DNA of 64,000 nucleotides from an uncultured virus (IMG/VR IMGVR_UViG_3300025314_001151). Taxonomy: Duplodnaviria > Heunggongvirae > Uroviricota > Caudoviricetes. The stretch is taken from the IMG/VR virus record IMGVR_UViG_3300025314_001151; one strand, given 5' to 3'. Below, piece by piece: positions 50,501-60,072 of this stretch. The position numbers were made by a program, and so were the translations under genes. The notes beneath the pieces were generated by a model, which was given only the letters and a program-made list of their open reading frames with translations, was not told the origin of the DNA and did not search any database. Numbering within the stretch: the first letter of the stretch is position 1; every line of letters begins with the position of its first letter.

Positions 50501-52933
50501 TCCTCCTACTACAGTTACATTGCCAGTGGCATCATAATAGCCCGGTAATGTAAGTTTATATGCATGAGTTCCTTCCGATATGTTGATATATGTAATTCCT
50601 ATTGTAAATGGAGTTATCAATCCTGTATCTACATCGTCAATGAATATCTTTGCTCCAAGTGGTGAGGATGTAAATGCTATGCTTCCGAAAGTAGGTACTA
50701 AAGTGGCTATTACATTTACTGTTTGATTGCCTATTGTATCTATAGTTCCTGTGAAGTCATGATAATTTGCTAATCTGAGAGTATATGTATATGTACCAAG
50801 GACCAAATTGCTTATTGTATTGGGAGTTGTTAAATTCTGGTCTACATCATTAAGGAAGATCTCTGCTCCTTCAGGAATGGTACTGAAAGATATGCCTCCA
50901 ACCATAGGTGACATTGTTACTGATACCGCAGTAGTTTGACTGGCGACTATCGTAAATGTTCCTGTGACATCGTTGTATCCTGGTTGAGTTAATCTGTATG
51001 TATGAGAACCAGGAGTTAAGCCTGTTATTGTAATTGGAGTGATAATTCCTGTCTGTAATACATCGTTTATATATATTGATGCGCCTTGTGGAGTTGATGA
51101 AATATCTAAATTTCCTACTGCCAATTCTTCTGTTCCAAAAACTGTTGTTGGTTCTATAGCTGCATATTTGCGGACTATAACATCATCAAAACGTGCATCA
51201 ATAGTAGTACCATTTAAATAAAGAGAATCTCTTATTGAGATACGAGCTGGTGCTGTTGAAGTTTTCGTCCCTCTTAAAATATCATTGACATAATTTTTAT
51301 AAGTCGTACCATCGAAAACAATTTTGAAATTATACCAGGTATTCAGAACAATTTGATTAATATATCGTACCTCTCCACGATCATCATTTCCAAATATATC
51401 ATAATCGGCACTGCTCGCGTCACCATAAAAATGAATGGTTGAAGGACCAGTACCGAAATATGCTCGATATGAATATGTAGAAGGTGTAACAAGTTTTGCT
51501 CTAGCTGTCACGATAAAAGAAGTGGAGAATGTCCGAATGGAATCTATTTTGGCACCAGTAGTCCAACTAGAGCCTATCTTAATACCTCCAAATTTTATTT
51601 CTTGATTGACTGCTTGAACGGTAAGTCCATTCGTTTCACTCTTCGTCCATTTTGTTGTATCTATAATATTATTATTAAAGTTGTCAAATAATTCAAAAGT
51701 GTTATTACCTCCAAGAGAATTATCGTATGAAGTTGAAGGATTACCGTAATATACGTAAATTGTTTTTGTATCTGTTGGAATCGAAGGAATCTTGATCCAT
51801 ATCTTTGTTGATGAGGTGTTTATACCAGATTCTATCCAATGATTGAGCAGTGATGAACCATTAGAATCAGTAAATCTTATATCTCCGCCATCTGGCAGCA
51901 TTCTGCCTAAAGATATAGGTGTTGCAGAATCAATAGTAATTGGGATTTGATGATCAGTTAATATTGTTCCTGTATTCGATACCGAAATTGATTTTCTTAT
52001 GTTCCAGCCTATTAACCAATTTATACCAGGCACTACTTCTTCTGTTCCAATGACTGTTGTTGGCTCTATTATTGCGTACTTTCTTACGACAATGTCATCA
52101 AAACGTGCATCAATAGTAGTACCATTTAAATAAAGAGAATCTCTTATTGAGATACGACCAGGTAAAGATGATGTTGTCATTCCCTTGTAGATGTCATTAA
52201 CATAATTTTTATAAGTCGTTCCGTCAAAAACAATTTTGAGGTTGTACCAAGTGTTTAAAGAGATTTGGTTCAAATATATTACTTCGCCACGATCTTCCCA
52301 TCCAAATATATCATAATCTGAACTACCGCTACCATAAAAATGTATTGTTGTATTACCAATACCTAAATAAACTCTGTATGAATAAGAAGAAGGTGTAACA
52401 AGTTTTGCTCTGGCAGATACAATATATGAAGTTGAGAATGTTTGAACGGAATCTATTCTAGCACCAGGTCCCCAATTATCACCTATCTTCGTACCACCAA
52501 ATCTTATTTCTTGATTGATGGCTTGTAATGTATTTCCTTGTTGCTCATCCTTTGTCCATTTTGAGGTATCTATAATATTATTATTAAAGTCATCAAAAAA
52601 CTCAAAAGTGCTATTACCTCCAAGCGAATTATCGTATGTTGCTGAAGAATTGCCATAGTATACATATATCGCTTTCGTGCCTGTTGGAATTGAAGGAACC
52701 TTGATCCATATCTTTGTTGATGAGGTGTTTATACCAGATTCTATCCAATGATTGAGCAGTGATGAACCGTCAGAATCAGTAAGTCTAATATCTCCTCCAT
52801 CTGATAGCATTCTGCCTAAAGATATAGGTGTTGCAGAATCAATAGTAATTGGGATTTGATAATCATTTAATATTGTTCCTGTATTCGATACCGAAATTGA
52901 TTTTCTATAGTTCCAATTTGTTAACCATGCCAT
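47600..52933 (-). CDS. Giant surface protein: two DUF2341/lectin-like modules + 15 full and 2 shortened PEGA domains
   Basis: Duplicated N-terminal module (DNA offset 909 nt); repeated G.I.F...P.GA.I.ID...TP...G.H.Y.L.L..Y units. Confidence 0.9.
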   Translation of the reverse strand: MAWLTNWNYRKSISVSNTGTILNDYQIPITIDSATPISLGRMLSDGGDIRLTDSDGSSLLNHWIESGINTSSTKIWIKVPSIPTGTKAIYVYYGNSSATYDNSLGGNSTFEFFDDFNNNIIDTSKWTKDEQQGNTLQAINQEIRFGGTKIGDNWGPGARIDSVQTFSTSYIVSARAKLVTPSSYSYRVYLGIGNTTIHFYGSGSSDYDIFGWEDRGEVIYLNQISLNTWYNLKIVFDGTTYKNYVNDIYKGMTTSSLPGRISIRDSLYLNGTTIDARFDDIVVRKYAIIEPTTVIGTEEVVPGINWLIGWNIRKSISVSNTGTILTDHQIPITIDSATPISLGRMLPDGGDIRFTDSNGSSLLNHWIESGINTSSTKIWIKIPSIPTDTKTIYVYYGNPSTSYDNSLGGNNTFELFDNFNNNIIDTTKWTKSETNGLTVQAVNQEIKFGGIKIGSSWTTGAKIDSIRTFSTSFIVTARAKLVTPSTYSYRAYFGTGPSTIHFYGDASSADYDIFGNDDRGEVRYINQIVLNTWYNFKIVFDGTTYKNYVNDILRGTKTSTAPARISIRDSLYLNGTTIDARFDDVIVRKYAAIEPTTVFGTEELAVGNLDISSTPQGASIYINDVLQTGIITPITITGLTPGSHTYRLTQPGYNDVTGTFTIVASQTTAVSVTMSPMVGGISFSTIPEGAEIFLNDVDQNLTTPNTISNLVLGTYTYTLRLANYHDFTGTIDTIGNQTVNVIATLVPTFGSIAFTSSPLGAKIFIDDVDTGLITPFTIGITYINISEGTHAYKLTLPGYYDATGNVTVVGGQTSTVEETLTLITGDISFVSTPSGVEIFIDNVLQTGITTPYTVTGILPGDHTYTLRLANYRDYTGTTTVVGGQTSTITATLIPTFGNILFNSTPEGSKIFLDDIDTGQTTPTTITDVPEGTHTYRLVLAGYYDYIGTVTVTGGETAVVTATEVLITGEISFTSSPPGAKIIINDIDTGLVTPAAVTNMVPGTHMYTLSLAGYYDYTGSATVVGSETTSVTATLTLIVGSISFATVPSGAKIFIDNIDTGLATPSRVTDTIPGTHTYTLSLTGYHDLSGSATVIGGQTTTITETLTLIVGSISFVTIPPEAKVFIDNIDTGQITPVTITDLLPGNHIYTLKLSGYYDFTDNITVVGDQTVPVMPTLILITGTVIFGTNPAGAKIFLDDVDTGLTTPYTITNVVPGVHTYRFSLADYHDYSGNVSVVGEQTSTITIDLLPTLGNITFNTIPIGAKIFLDNVDTGLITPYTITNILEGTHSYILRLADYHDYSGSTTVVGGETTSITTTLLPTLGNISFNTTPAGANIFIDDVDTGYITPYTMLNILEGIHSYTLKLANYYDYTGSINVIAGQTVTVSETLVFMTGDISFNSIPSGAKIFIDSMDTDQTTPSTVANLPIGTHSYILKLANYYDYMGSIDVIVDQTVTVSETLVLMVGDISFNSIPSGASIFINGEDTHQVTPAIVTNLPIGTYTYALRLSCYEDYSDSITVLAGQTIPISAPLTLLTGNAYFNSTPYGAEIFIDGIDTGLTTPATVTNIYCGSHSYTLKSLCYQDYSGTVAILGNQTTNVTINLVPMLGSIYFTSTPSKARIFLDEIDTGQVTPTSITGVLACYHMYRLQLANHFDYIGTVNVIPNTIVNISVSPSSLETYCQEFASVPVGSRVTLDGYTFGMYTPVKVCGITAGTHTFRLEGTFNIGVGGKGCNPFNSVPKGSKIYIDNEYKGELTPKVICGISVGTHTYRLEGTFTI

Positions 52934-53015
52934 AATTAATTCTCCTATTTATAACTATTTTAGTTGTTCTATACTCATATTTATAATTATCACTATGTTT
53001 TTCTTGATAATGATG

Positions 53016-54056
53016 TCACATTATTGCTGTAACTTCCATACAACCATTATAATGTTGAGAATAGTCTACTATTGCGAATCCAATCTTTTCTAATGTATTT
53101 TTTAGTGATGCATATGAAAAATAATTCAAATGTTCACACACTCTCCACATTGGGTCTTTATCTTTCATAATATATGAAAATGCACTTTCGAAATTTGGAG
53201 TAGATATCCAAATAACACCTTCTTTATTGAGCATACTATGACCTTTTTCTAACATTTTGATTGGATTTGATACGTGTTCAAGTACATCTCCTAATATTAT
53301 GATATCAAATAAGTCATCTGTTTCAAAATTCATAAAGTCTATTGAGTATATTGGAATATTTAGTCTGTCAGATACGCACTTGGCGTATATAGTTCTTATT
53401 TCTATTCCTGTTATATCAAAGAGAAGTTCTTTTGCTACAGATGTCAACTCGCCTGCTCCTGTACCTATTTCTAATAGTCTATTTCCTTTAGTAAATTTTT
53501 TTACTTCAGATAACTTGTTACCTAATAATGGTAATAAATGTATGTTGGGATTAATATGTTGTTCTGGAGCAGTAGTTGATAAGATTTCTTGTAGATTTTT
53601 AGGATAGTTTTCTGCAAAAATATGATCGCAATCATTACATATTCTCCATTTTCTAATTGGATTAAATCCTGGTATGAAGTCTGTATTGGTAATTATATTG
53701 TAACATGAATGTAACTTGGTATTGGTATCCTTGCTGCATAACGGACATTTTTCTATTGTTGTATCTTCTATATAATGATATTCATAATTATGATGAGGAT
53801 GATTATCTGATGTAATTTTTGATGATAGATTTTTGTCTAATTCAAAAGCTTTATTATGATAGTAATATGACTGTTCTATATTTTTGTTTCTATTTTCAAT
53901 CTCTCCTAGTCTATAATGAGAAAGAGGAGAAAAATCTTTGTCGTTTAATAGATTTGTGTATATATCTTTAGCATTTTTGTCTTGGTCTTCTAATATTAGA
54001 TTCTCTGCAGATATGAATGATAATTGACTGTTATTGATTGTAATTGTTTCTATCAT
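53016..54056 (-). CDS. Class I SAM methyltransferase with N-terminal TPR-like helices and Zn-binding CxxC pairs
   Basis: CPLC...CNDC, LEIGTGAG, DVLEH and ISTPN motifs. Confidence 0.85.
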   Translation of the reverse strand: MIETITINNSQLSFISAENLILEDQDKNAKDIYTNLLNDKDFSPLSHYRLGEIENRNKNIEQSYYYHNKAFELDKNLSSKITSDNHPHHNYEYHYIEDTTIEKCPLCSKDTNTKLHSCYNIITNTDFIPGFNPIRKWRICNDCDHIFAENYPKNLQEILSTTAPEQHINPNIHLLPLLGNKLSEVKKFTKGNRLLEIGTGAGELTSVAKELLFDITGIEIRTIYAKCVSDRLNIPIYSIDFMNFETDDLFDIIILGDVLEHVSNPIKMLEKGHSMLNKEGVIWISTPNFESAFSYIMKDKDPMWRVCEHLNYFSYASLKNTLEKIGFAIVDYSQHYNGCMEVTAIM

Positions 54057-54079
54057 GTTGAGTTTATTTTTGATAGTTA

Positions 54080-54679
54080 TTATATCTGTTTTTCAAATAT
54101 ATCAATTGACATATTAAGTTTTACATTATCTATATCTATGTCAGGATTGTTCACATAGAACATCATTTTCTGACCACTATATAATGTAAAACTTGTTTTT
54201 ACAAATTCTGAATTAAATTTTGGATATGCTCCTGCCCACATAACGTGTTCTCGATGGTTACTTGATCCAATAAGTTTCAAAATAGGACCAGCAGTTTCTG
54301 ACCACTCTCTCACTTTTTTGTTATCCATTGGAGGGTCTTGTTGTAAGATCTTTGTTACTATTATCTCTGCTACAACGTGTTTTGTTCTTGTTATCTCTGT
54401 TGAATTGTGTGCTTCTTGGAAAGGCTGTTTATCTTCGTTGTTTGTACATTTTATGTTACATATATATGAATTATGACAACCTCCATTATGTCCTATACCA
54501 CATAATGCCATAATAGAATTATCTGGAACTTGTAATTCTAAAATTTTGCCTATTTTTTCTTTTTTAATAGAAAATGTCTTGATTATATTGTTGGATTCGT
54601 CTATGGTTATTGGTTCACCATTTATATACGTATATCCTTTGGCTATCATCTTATCAATAAATTCTTTATATGCAATCAT
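54080..54679 (-). CDS. Hypothetical protein
   Basis: 199-aa ORF abutting the upstream gene. Confidence 0.6.
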   Translation of the reverse strand: MIAYKEFIDKMIAKGYTYINGEPITIDESNNIIKTFSIKKEKIGKILELQVPDNSIMALCGIGHNGGCHNSYICNIKCTNNEDKQPFQEAHNSTEITRTKHVVAEIIVTKILQQDPPMDNKKVREWSETAGPILKLIGSSNHREHVMWAGAYPKFNSEFVKTSFTLYSGQKMMFYVNNPDIDIDNVKLNMSIDIFEKQI

Positions 54680-56056
54680 TTAAAATGCATCTCCTAATTT
54701 TGGATCAATATTAGATTCTGTCAATTGTTTTATTAGTTCAATTTTTTCTGGAGATGATTCATAATGCATTGGATGGGATCCATTTTGACTACCAAAACTT
54801 ACAGTTGTCAATATTTTGCCTCCATTTCGCTTCATGCTTTTTAATCTATTGATGGTGTCTTTAAATTGATCATCAGGTACATGTTCCAATACGTCAAATG
54901 CAAGTATGATATCAAATTTATCATCTATTGATTTTTCTATATCATAATATTTGATATTCAATCCTCTTTTATTGGCTCTGAATTTTGCAAAGTCAAATGT
55001 GTAACCATTGAAGTCTGCCATTGCTACTTCATATCCTGCTTCAGCTAGCATAATGGCGTTTTGTCCACAACCACTGCCATAGTCCAATATTTTTTTGGCA
55101 TCAGGATATTTATTTTTAATATTCTTAATTAAGTCCATATCAAATATTATCCTATGTTGAACGTGCCAATTAATTAGGTCTAATATATAGTCTTTATTTT
55201 CTTTATAGAATTTTTTAGGATCTTCATTTTTATCTATAATATTCTGTTTATATTGTTCGGCTACTAGATCTGTAGATATGTAACACATATTGGCCACTTG
55301 TTCTGGCAACATGCCGGTAAATTCTGATAATTCTTTTTTAGATCTCTCTATTTCATATAGTATAGACGATCTTAAATTTTTATATCTATTCGCCATGTCT
55401 ATTGTAACATCTGCTCCAATATGTACACATTGTACTGTTGGGTCACAATATATATCTATATTGGCATTTTTTAATTGGTCACAAAAATATAAGTCTTCTC
55501 CTATATGGCGCCATTTATTATCGTATTGGATATATTTGAATTGGAACCAAGGATATTCTATCTTGTTGAATACATCTGTTTTTATAAGAAAACAACCGAA
55601 ACCAGCACCATCGATACTAATTAAATCAGTGCCAGATGGTTCTATAGGATTATATAGTCTGTATCCAATTTTTTTTCTGATAAGAGGATAATACGGTAAT
55701 ACTTTCATATAAGATATACCTGTAATAGCATCTTTGTCTCGTGAAAGTAATTGTTCTAATTGTCCTTTTTGTATTAATGTATCTGAATCTATAAAAAATA
55801 TATAGTCGCATTTATAATCTATTGCCGCTTTTGTTATTCTATTTCTACTCTCATCATGCGGAACAGATGTTTCTATTACAGGTATAATATCAAAAGTTTG
55901 TGACCATTCTTCCATTCTAAGAAGCATCTCTCTGAAGAATGTAGCATTGATACCACCACTTACAGGAATACCAATACATATTCTAATTTTTCTATGGCCT
56001 TTAACCGATATGTTCATCCCATCTATATTGACAATCAAATCTTTGGTCTCATTCAT
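54680..56056 (-). CDS. Fused GT-A glycosyltransferase / class I SAM methyltransferase
   Basis: FFIDSD, GFGCFLI and GEDLYFC (GT); LDYGSGCG and FDVLEH (MT). Confidence 0.9.
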   Translation of the reverse strand: MNETKDLIVNIDGMNISVKGHRKIRICIGIPVSGGINATFFREMLLRMEEWSQTFDIIPVIETSVPHDESRNRITKAAIDYKCDYIFFIDSDTLIQKGQLEQLLSRDKDAITGISYMKVLPYYPLIRKKIGYRLYNPIEPSGTDLISIDGAGFGCFLIKTDVFNKIEYPWFQFKYIQYDNKWRHIGEDLYFCDQLKNANIDIYCDPTVQCVHIGADVTIDMANRYKNLRSSILYEIERSKKELSEFTGMLPEQVANMCYISTDLVAEQYKQNIIDKNEDPKKFYKENKDYILDLINWHVQHRIIFDMDLIKNIKNKYPDAKKILDYGSGCGQNAIMLAEAGYEVAMADFNGYTFDFAKFRANKRGLNIKYYDIEKSIDDKFDIILAFDVLEHVPDDQFKDTINRLKSMKRNGGKILTTVSFGSQNGSHPMHYESSPEKIELIKQLTESNIDPKLGDAF

Positions 56057-56192
56057 ATTATATTAACGTTTTGTATAGGTAAAAAATAATTTATAATTGA
56101 AAAACAGGTTGGCATAAATATCAACAGCCTGTTTTCCAATTATATTCGCATATCTATTCTTGTCCACTATCGTTGATATAAGATTATATGTC

Positions 56193-56789
56193 TTAAGTAA
56201 CAACGAAGTTACAGGTAGGTGCGACGCAAGCGAGATTGATGTCACAATATTCTACACAACTCTGTGCACCTGTTGGACATGAGTCGTATGTAGTTGTGGC
56301 AACTCTTATCTTACCGGCTGAAAGAAGAAGACTACTATTTTCTGGGTCTGTTATAGCACCTGTAGCACCAGTAGTAGGAATACCAGCTGTTGAGTCCCCT
56401 ACCGCACCTGTAAAGTCTGCATCACCCAACACAAAACTTGTTGATGAAGACGTACCCTCAGCGATAGTTTGTACCGACCAAATTTCTGAATATCCGCCAG
56501 GAGCAGATTTCCTAAAGAACCTTACACGATAAGGTCCTATTGCGCCACTCGGAGCTACAGAAAGAGTCACCGTGTCTCCAGACGACTTTGTGCTTGTGAC
56601 ACATGTTGGTGCAAGATTCTGTATGCCTCCATATTGCCAATCATTACTCATAGTTCTTGGCTGGTTACATGTACCACATCCTGTTTGTTTTCTTATTTGT
56701 TCTATCGTTTGTGCCTTTTCTATTGCTGTCAACGGGCGATCAGTGGATAACTTGAACTGTCTCCCGTCTACTGTTATTATTTCTTCCAT
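56193..56789 (-). CDS. DSCPTG-family protein with an N-terminal extension (CGTC)
   Basis: DSCPTGAQSC...CVAPTCNFVVT; SD GAGGTGA. Confidence 0.75.
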   Translation of the reverse strand: MEEIITVDGRQFKLSTDRPLTAIEKAQTIEQIRKQTGCGTCNQPRTMSNDWQYGGIQNLAPTCVTSTKSSGDTVTLSVAPSGAIGPYRVRFFRKSAPGGYSEIWSVQTIAEGTSSSTSFVLGDADFTGAVGDSTAGIPTTGATGAITDPENSSLLLSAGKIRVATTTYDSCPTGAQSCVEYCDINLACVAPTCNFVVT

Positions 56790-57075
56790 ATTTATTTCAC
56801 CTCAATATTGAATTATGTATTAATAACATTTTTGCCTGTTGTCTTACATAAATTTTATTCATGACTATATTAATGTCAATTTTAAAATAAGATATTAATT
56901 TCGTCAACTATGCCATTCCTAGTGGAAACATAATCGGAATTGAGCACTTGTCACATGCTCACGCCTCCAAGATTGGTGGTCCCTTCACTGACATAGCCAT
57001 ATCTCGCCATTTATATATCTTATTGGTTCTTATCATTCTATGACGAATGCCTGTAAATCTTGTTGTCATATCTTT

Positions 57076-57363
57076 TTAATTTGGATCTGGACAGATTGTA
57101 TATACACCTTCCATTCTATCGACCAATTCGAATACTCTTGTATCTGATGCTCCAGCAATTAATGTCATAGGCGCACCCTCTGTTCTTACACCGTTTACAA
57201 CAATTGCTGGTGTAACTGTTGCTGTTCTGCCACCAGTATTGGTCCATGTTATGGTTACTGTAGATGAACATGGTTCGTCACAATCGGCTGTACTCATTAT
57301 CATATCCGTTGCTGTTATATTTGCAGGTTTTCTTACTGTTAAAATTCCACATGTTACTGACAT
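57076..57363 (-). CDS. Small CARDB/Ig-like protein, paralog of 57450..57758
   Basis: DCDEPC..TVT.TW.N.G...EG.Y.ICP.PN. Confidence 0.7.
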   Translation of the reverse strand: MSVTCGILTVRKPANITATDMIMSTADCDEPCSSTVTITWTNTGGRTATVTPAIVVNGVRTEGAPMTLIAGASDTRVFELVDRMEGVYTICPDPN

Positions 57364-57449
57364 TATTGTCTCTCCTTTCCATTGATAGTTATATTAATGT
57401 ATACCATATATATTATACCATGTATTTTATAATAGTTCTGATTTTTGGT

Positions 57450-57758
57450 CTAATGCTCTGAATTATTTGGATATGGACAAATTATATATGTTCCTTCCAT
57501 TAAACTCGACAAATTAAATGTTTGTGTAGTTGTCTGATTCTTGTTTAATGTTATTTCTATTCCTAGATAGCGTTTTATTCCATTGATCGTGATTGCAGGT
57601 CTGAACTTTGTTGGACTGTTTCCAATATTTTTCCATGTTACGGTTACTGTGGCATCGCATGGTTCGTCGCAATCCATTGGATTTATATTCATATATATTG
57701 CTGTCACTTTTGCACCATTCAGGTTGAATATTGGCAAGTTGTGACCTGTTGCTATCAT
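57450..57758 (-). CDS. Small CARDB/Ig-like protein
   Basis: Same motif as 57076..57363. Confidence 0.7.
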   Translation of the reverse strand: MIATGHNLPIFNLNGAKVTAIYMNINPMDCDEPCDATVTVTWKNIGNSPTKFRPAITINGIKRYLGIEITLNKNQTTTQTFNLSSLMEGTYIICPYPNNSEH

Positions 57759-57862
57759 TTTATTTCATCCACTGATATAATTTTTTTCTTGTCCATTTTC
57801 TTGATAAAGTTAATGCCCATTTTTTGCAATATATTAAACTAGAATATTTTATCAAATATCCA

Positions 57863-58333
57863 TTATTTTGATGAACCAACTTTTACAACTACTACATTTC
57901 CTCCTAATAAGCCTGTTGTTATTGGTATAACTTTTCCGGTAGTAGCCAATAAAAATGCCAATGCAGGTATTGTCAAAGCGGCAACTATTGGTACAGGAGT
58001 CGATGAAGGTATTGGAACAAGATTCGCTATTACAGATGTCTCACCTAGGCTTACGGTTACTGTATCAGTATGATCATAATATCCGTCTTTTTTTAATATA
58101 TAGTTGTAATCTCCTATAGGTAGGTTGTGTACGGTATCTGGAGTTTTCATTCCTGTGTATGTAGGTGTGCCACCGCTTGCTATTAGATAAATGTCGGCAT
58201 TAGGAGGATATGATTCGAAGAATAATCCACGAGATCTTGACACAAATATTGAATCACAATCTATTGTCAAATGTTCCATTATGAAATCCCGGAATATAAT
58301 TAATTTATTTGTCATTAATTTAATTATTACCAA
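57863..58333 (-). CDS. PEGA-domain protein with C-terminal TM (start probably MEHL)
   Basis: SYPPNADIY...TP...GDYNYILKKDGY; TM followed by IPITTGLL. Confidence 0.75.
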   Translation of the reverse strand: MVIIKLMTNKLIIFRDFIMEHLTIDCDSIFVSRSRGLFFESYPPNADIYLIASGGTPTYTGMKTPDTVHNLPIGDYNYILKKDGYYDHTDTVTVSLGETSVIANLVPIPSSTPVPIVAALTIPALAFLLATTGKVIPITTGLLGGNVVVVKVGSSK

Positions 58334-58367
58334 TATTTATTGTCAGAATAATTTAGTTATTTTTTTA

Positions 58368-58667
58368 TTAGAATAATTTCCTTATCAAAGGTTCTATTTT
58401 TTTGGCCTCTTGTTCTACTAATAGTCCTAATTTTAGAGTATATGCTCCGAGATCTTTTAAAGCTATTCCATATCCTTCATGTCTAGATATTATAGTTAAT
58501 TTAATTATAGGATGATCTGCTTTGTCAAGTTCTCTTTTTAAATCTTGTATAGCTTTTTCTACCATTTCATCTAGCATTTTTTGTGTGATATCATTAGTCA
58601 TACTTCCTTGACCATTTAGTGTGAATGCTGGCATGTCTTTATGGGTTATCATTTTCTTATTTCCCAT
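58368..58667 (-). CDS. Helical hypothetical protein, paralog of 58908..59162
   Basis: KADHPI.KLTII.RHEGYGIALK.LG motif. Confidence 0.75.
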   Translation of the reverse strand: MGNKKMITHKDMPAFTLNGQGSMTNDITQKMLDEMVEKAIQDLKRELDKADHPIIKLTIISRHEGYGIALKDLGAYTLKLGLLVEQEAKKIEPLIRKLF

Positions 58668-58675
58668 CTTAGCAA

Positions 58676-58885
58676 CTAAGGCTTTACTGATATGATTCTA
58701 TTGCTCAATATTCCAGTTGTTATTGGTATACCAGTTGTTTTTGTGGCTGCTAACATGAGACCTAATATACCAATTGTTCCTACAGCAATCAATATTGGTT
58801 GAACTTCTGACGTAGCGGCATGTCTTCTCACTTTTAATCTGTCACATTCTATTCCAAGATCTTGCATAATAAATCCTTTTGGCAT
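58676..58885 (-). CDS. Small TM protein; PEGA-less version of 57863..58333
   Basis: M..L.I.CD start; TM followed by IPITTGIL. Confidence 0.6.
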   Translation of the reverse strand: MPKGFIMQDLGIECDRLKVRRHAATSEVQPILIAVGTIGILGLMLAATKTTGIPITTGILSNRIISVKP

Positions 58886-58907
58886 ATTTGAGCATTTATT
58901 GTCATAT

Positions 58908-59162
58908 TTATCGGAAGAATTTTCTTAACTGTGGTTCTATTTTAGCTGCTTCAATCTCTACTAGTTTTCCTAGTTTTGCAGTATCAACTCCAAGTTCTTT
59001 CAATGCTATGCCATATCCTTCATGTCTGGCTATTATTGTCAATTTGAGGATGGGGTGATCAGCTTTGGATAATTCTATGTTTAAATCTTTTATAGATTTA
59101 TCTACCATTTGGTCGAGAATTGTCAATGATTTTTCATTAGCCATATGTATTGTTTCTCTCAA
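58908..59162 (-). CDS. Helical hypothetical protein, paralog of 58368..58667
   Basis: Same RHEGYGIALK motif. Confidence 0.75.
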   Translation of the reverse strand: MRETIHMANEKSLTILDQMVDKSIKDLNIELSKADHPILKLTIIARHEGYGIALKELGVDTAKLGKLVEIEAAKIEPQLRKFFR

Positions 59163-59989
59163 ACAGCTGTCAATTTTTCAGTTGTAGTAATATTTCTCTT
59201 TTTCTTGTTGCATAACTCTTTTAATTTATCTAGTCTGTCTGTAACTTCATAGTTTTTTAATTCTTTCAATTTTTGTGGAGTATCTAAAATCCAAAAAGTC
59301 TCAAAATTGCAAAATTTTCTTCCTCTCACTATGTTATCCTTGTGAAATGCCCAAACATGAAGCGGAGTCAAACTATCCCTATTGTCCCACGCAGATAATA
59401 TGAACCAATCTGCTATCTTATTACATCTTATTGAAAAACTCCAGCTCGGATATCCGAATGTTAGGCAAACTCCTTTATTGTCTATCTTTTCGCCAGTCTT
59501 ACAAATCCAATCAAATCCAGGATTATTAGGAGGCATTTTTATGACGTCTTCAAATGTCTGAATCATAATGTTTTCTGTAAAGTTTCCAAAATGTACTGAG
59601 CAATCTTCATTGAAATCATTTGAAAGTCTTCTACCAGTTTCGTGTCTCCATTGATTTGATCTTTCGTTGTGGTCTTTAAATCCTGCATTCTTTGCACATC
59701 TATCTTTATATTCTTTATATGTTTTATACCCAGCGTCTTTAAATACTTTTTCTTTTCTCTTATGTTCAACATCAGTAGGATTTTTCATTATCTCAACTTG
59801 TTGCATCCAACGATAGAACTCGTTTCCATTAGAAAATCCTAGCATGACCATATCTTCTTTTCGTTCTTTATTGCACGGATGTAAATATCCAGAATTTCCT
59901 GGATTTTTCTTAATCTTTTCTTTGATTTTAATAATTGCTTCTCTTCTTATTTTGTCAATATTCTCCATATTGTTCATGTGTCTCACCAT
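59159..59989 (-). CDS. Putative free-standing PD-(D/E)XK-like endonuclease, paralog of 13410..14204
   Basis: TEN...PPNNPGFDWICK.GEKIDNK (D-x-K) and FILSAWDNR motifs. Confidence 0.55.
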   Translation of the reverse strand: MVRHMNNMENIDKIRREAIIKIKEKIKKNPGNSGYLHPCNKERKEDMVMLGFSNGNEFYRWMQQVEIMKNPTDVEHKRKEKVFKDAGYKTYKEYKDRCAKNAGFKDHNERSNQWRHETGRRLSNDFNEDCSVHFGNFTENIMIQTFEDVIKMPPNNPGFDWICKTGEKIDNKGVCLTFGYPSWSFSIRCNKIADWFILSAWDNRDSLTPLHVWAFHKDNIVRGRKFCNFETFWILDTPQKLKELKNYEVTDRLDKLKELCNKKKRNITTTEKLTAV

Positions 59990-60072
59990 ATATTTATCTA
60001 CTTTGCTAAATATTTTATCAACTGGACAGAAATTACATTTAGTTGACTAAACTCTTTACTATATCTAATCAC

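Noticed and set aside
42143..52933. Diversity-generating retroelement explanation for near-identical paralog segments
   Set aside because: No reverse transcriptase in the window, and the differences do not look adenine-specific.
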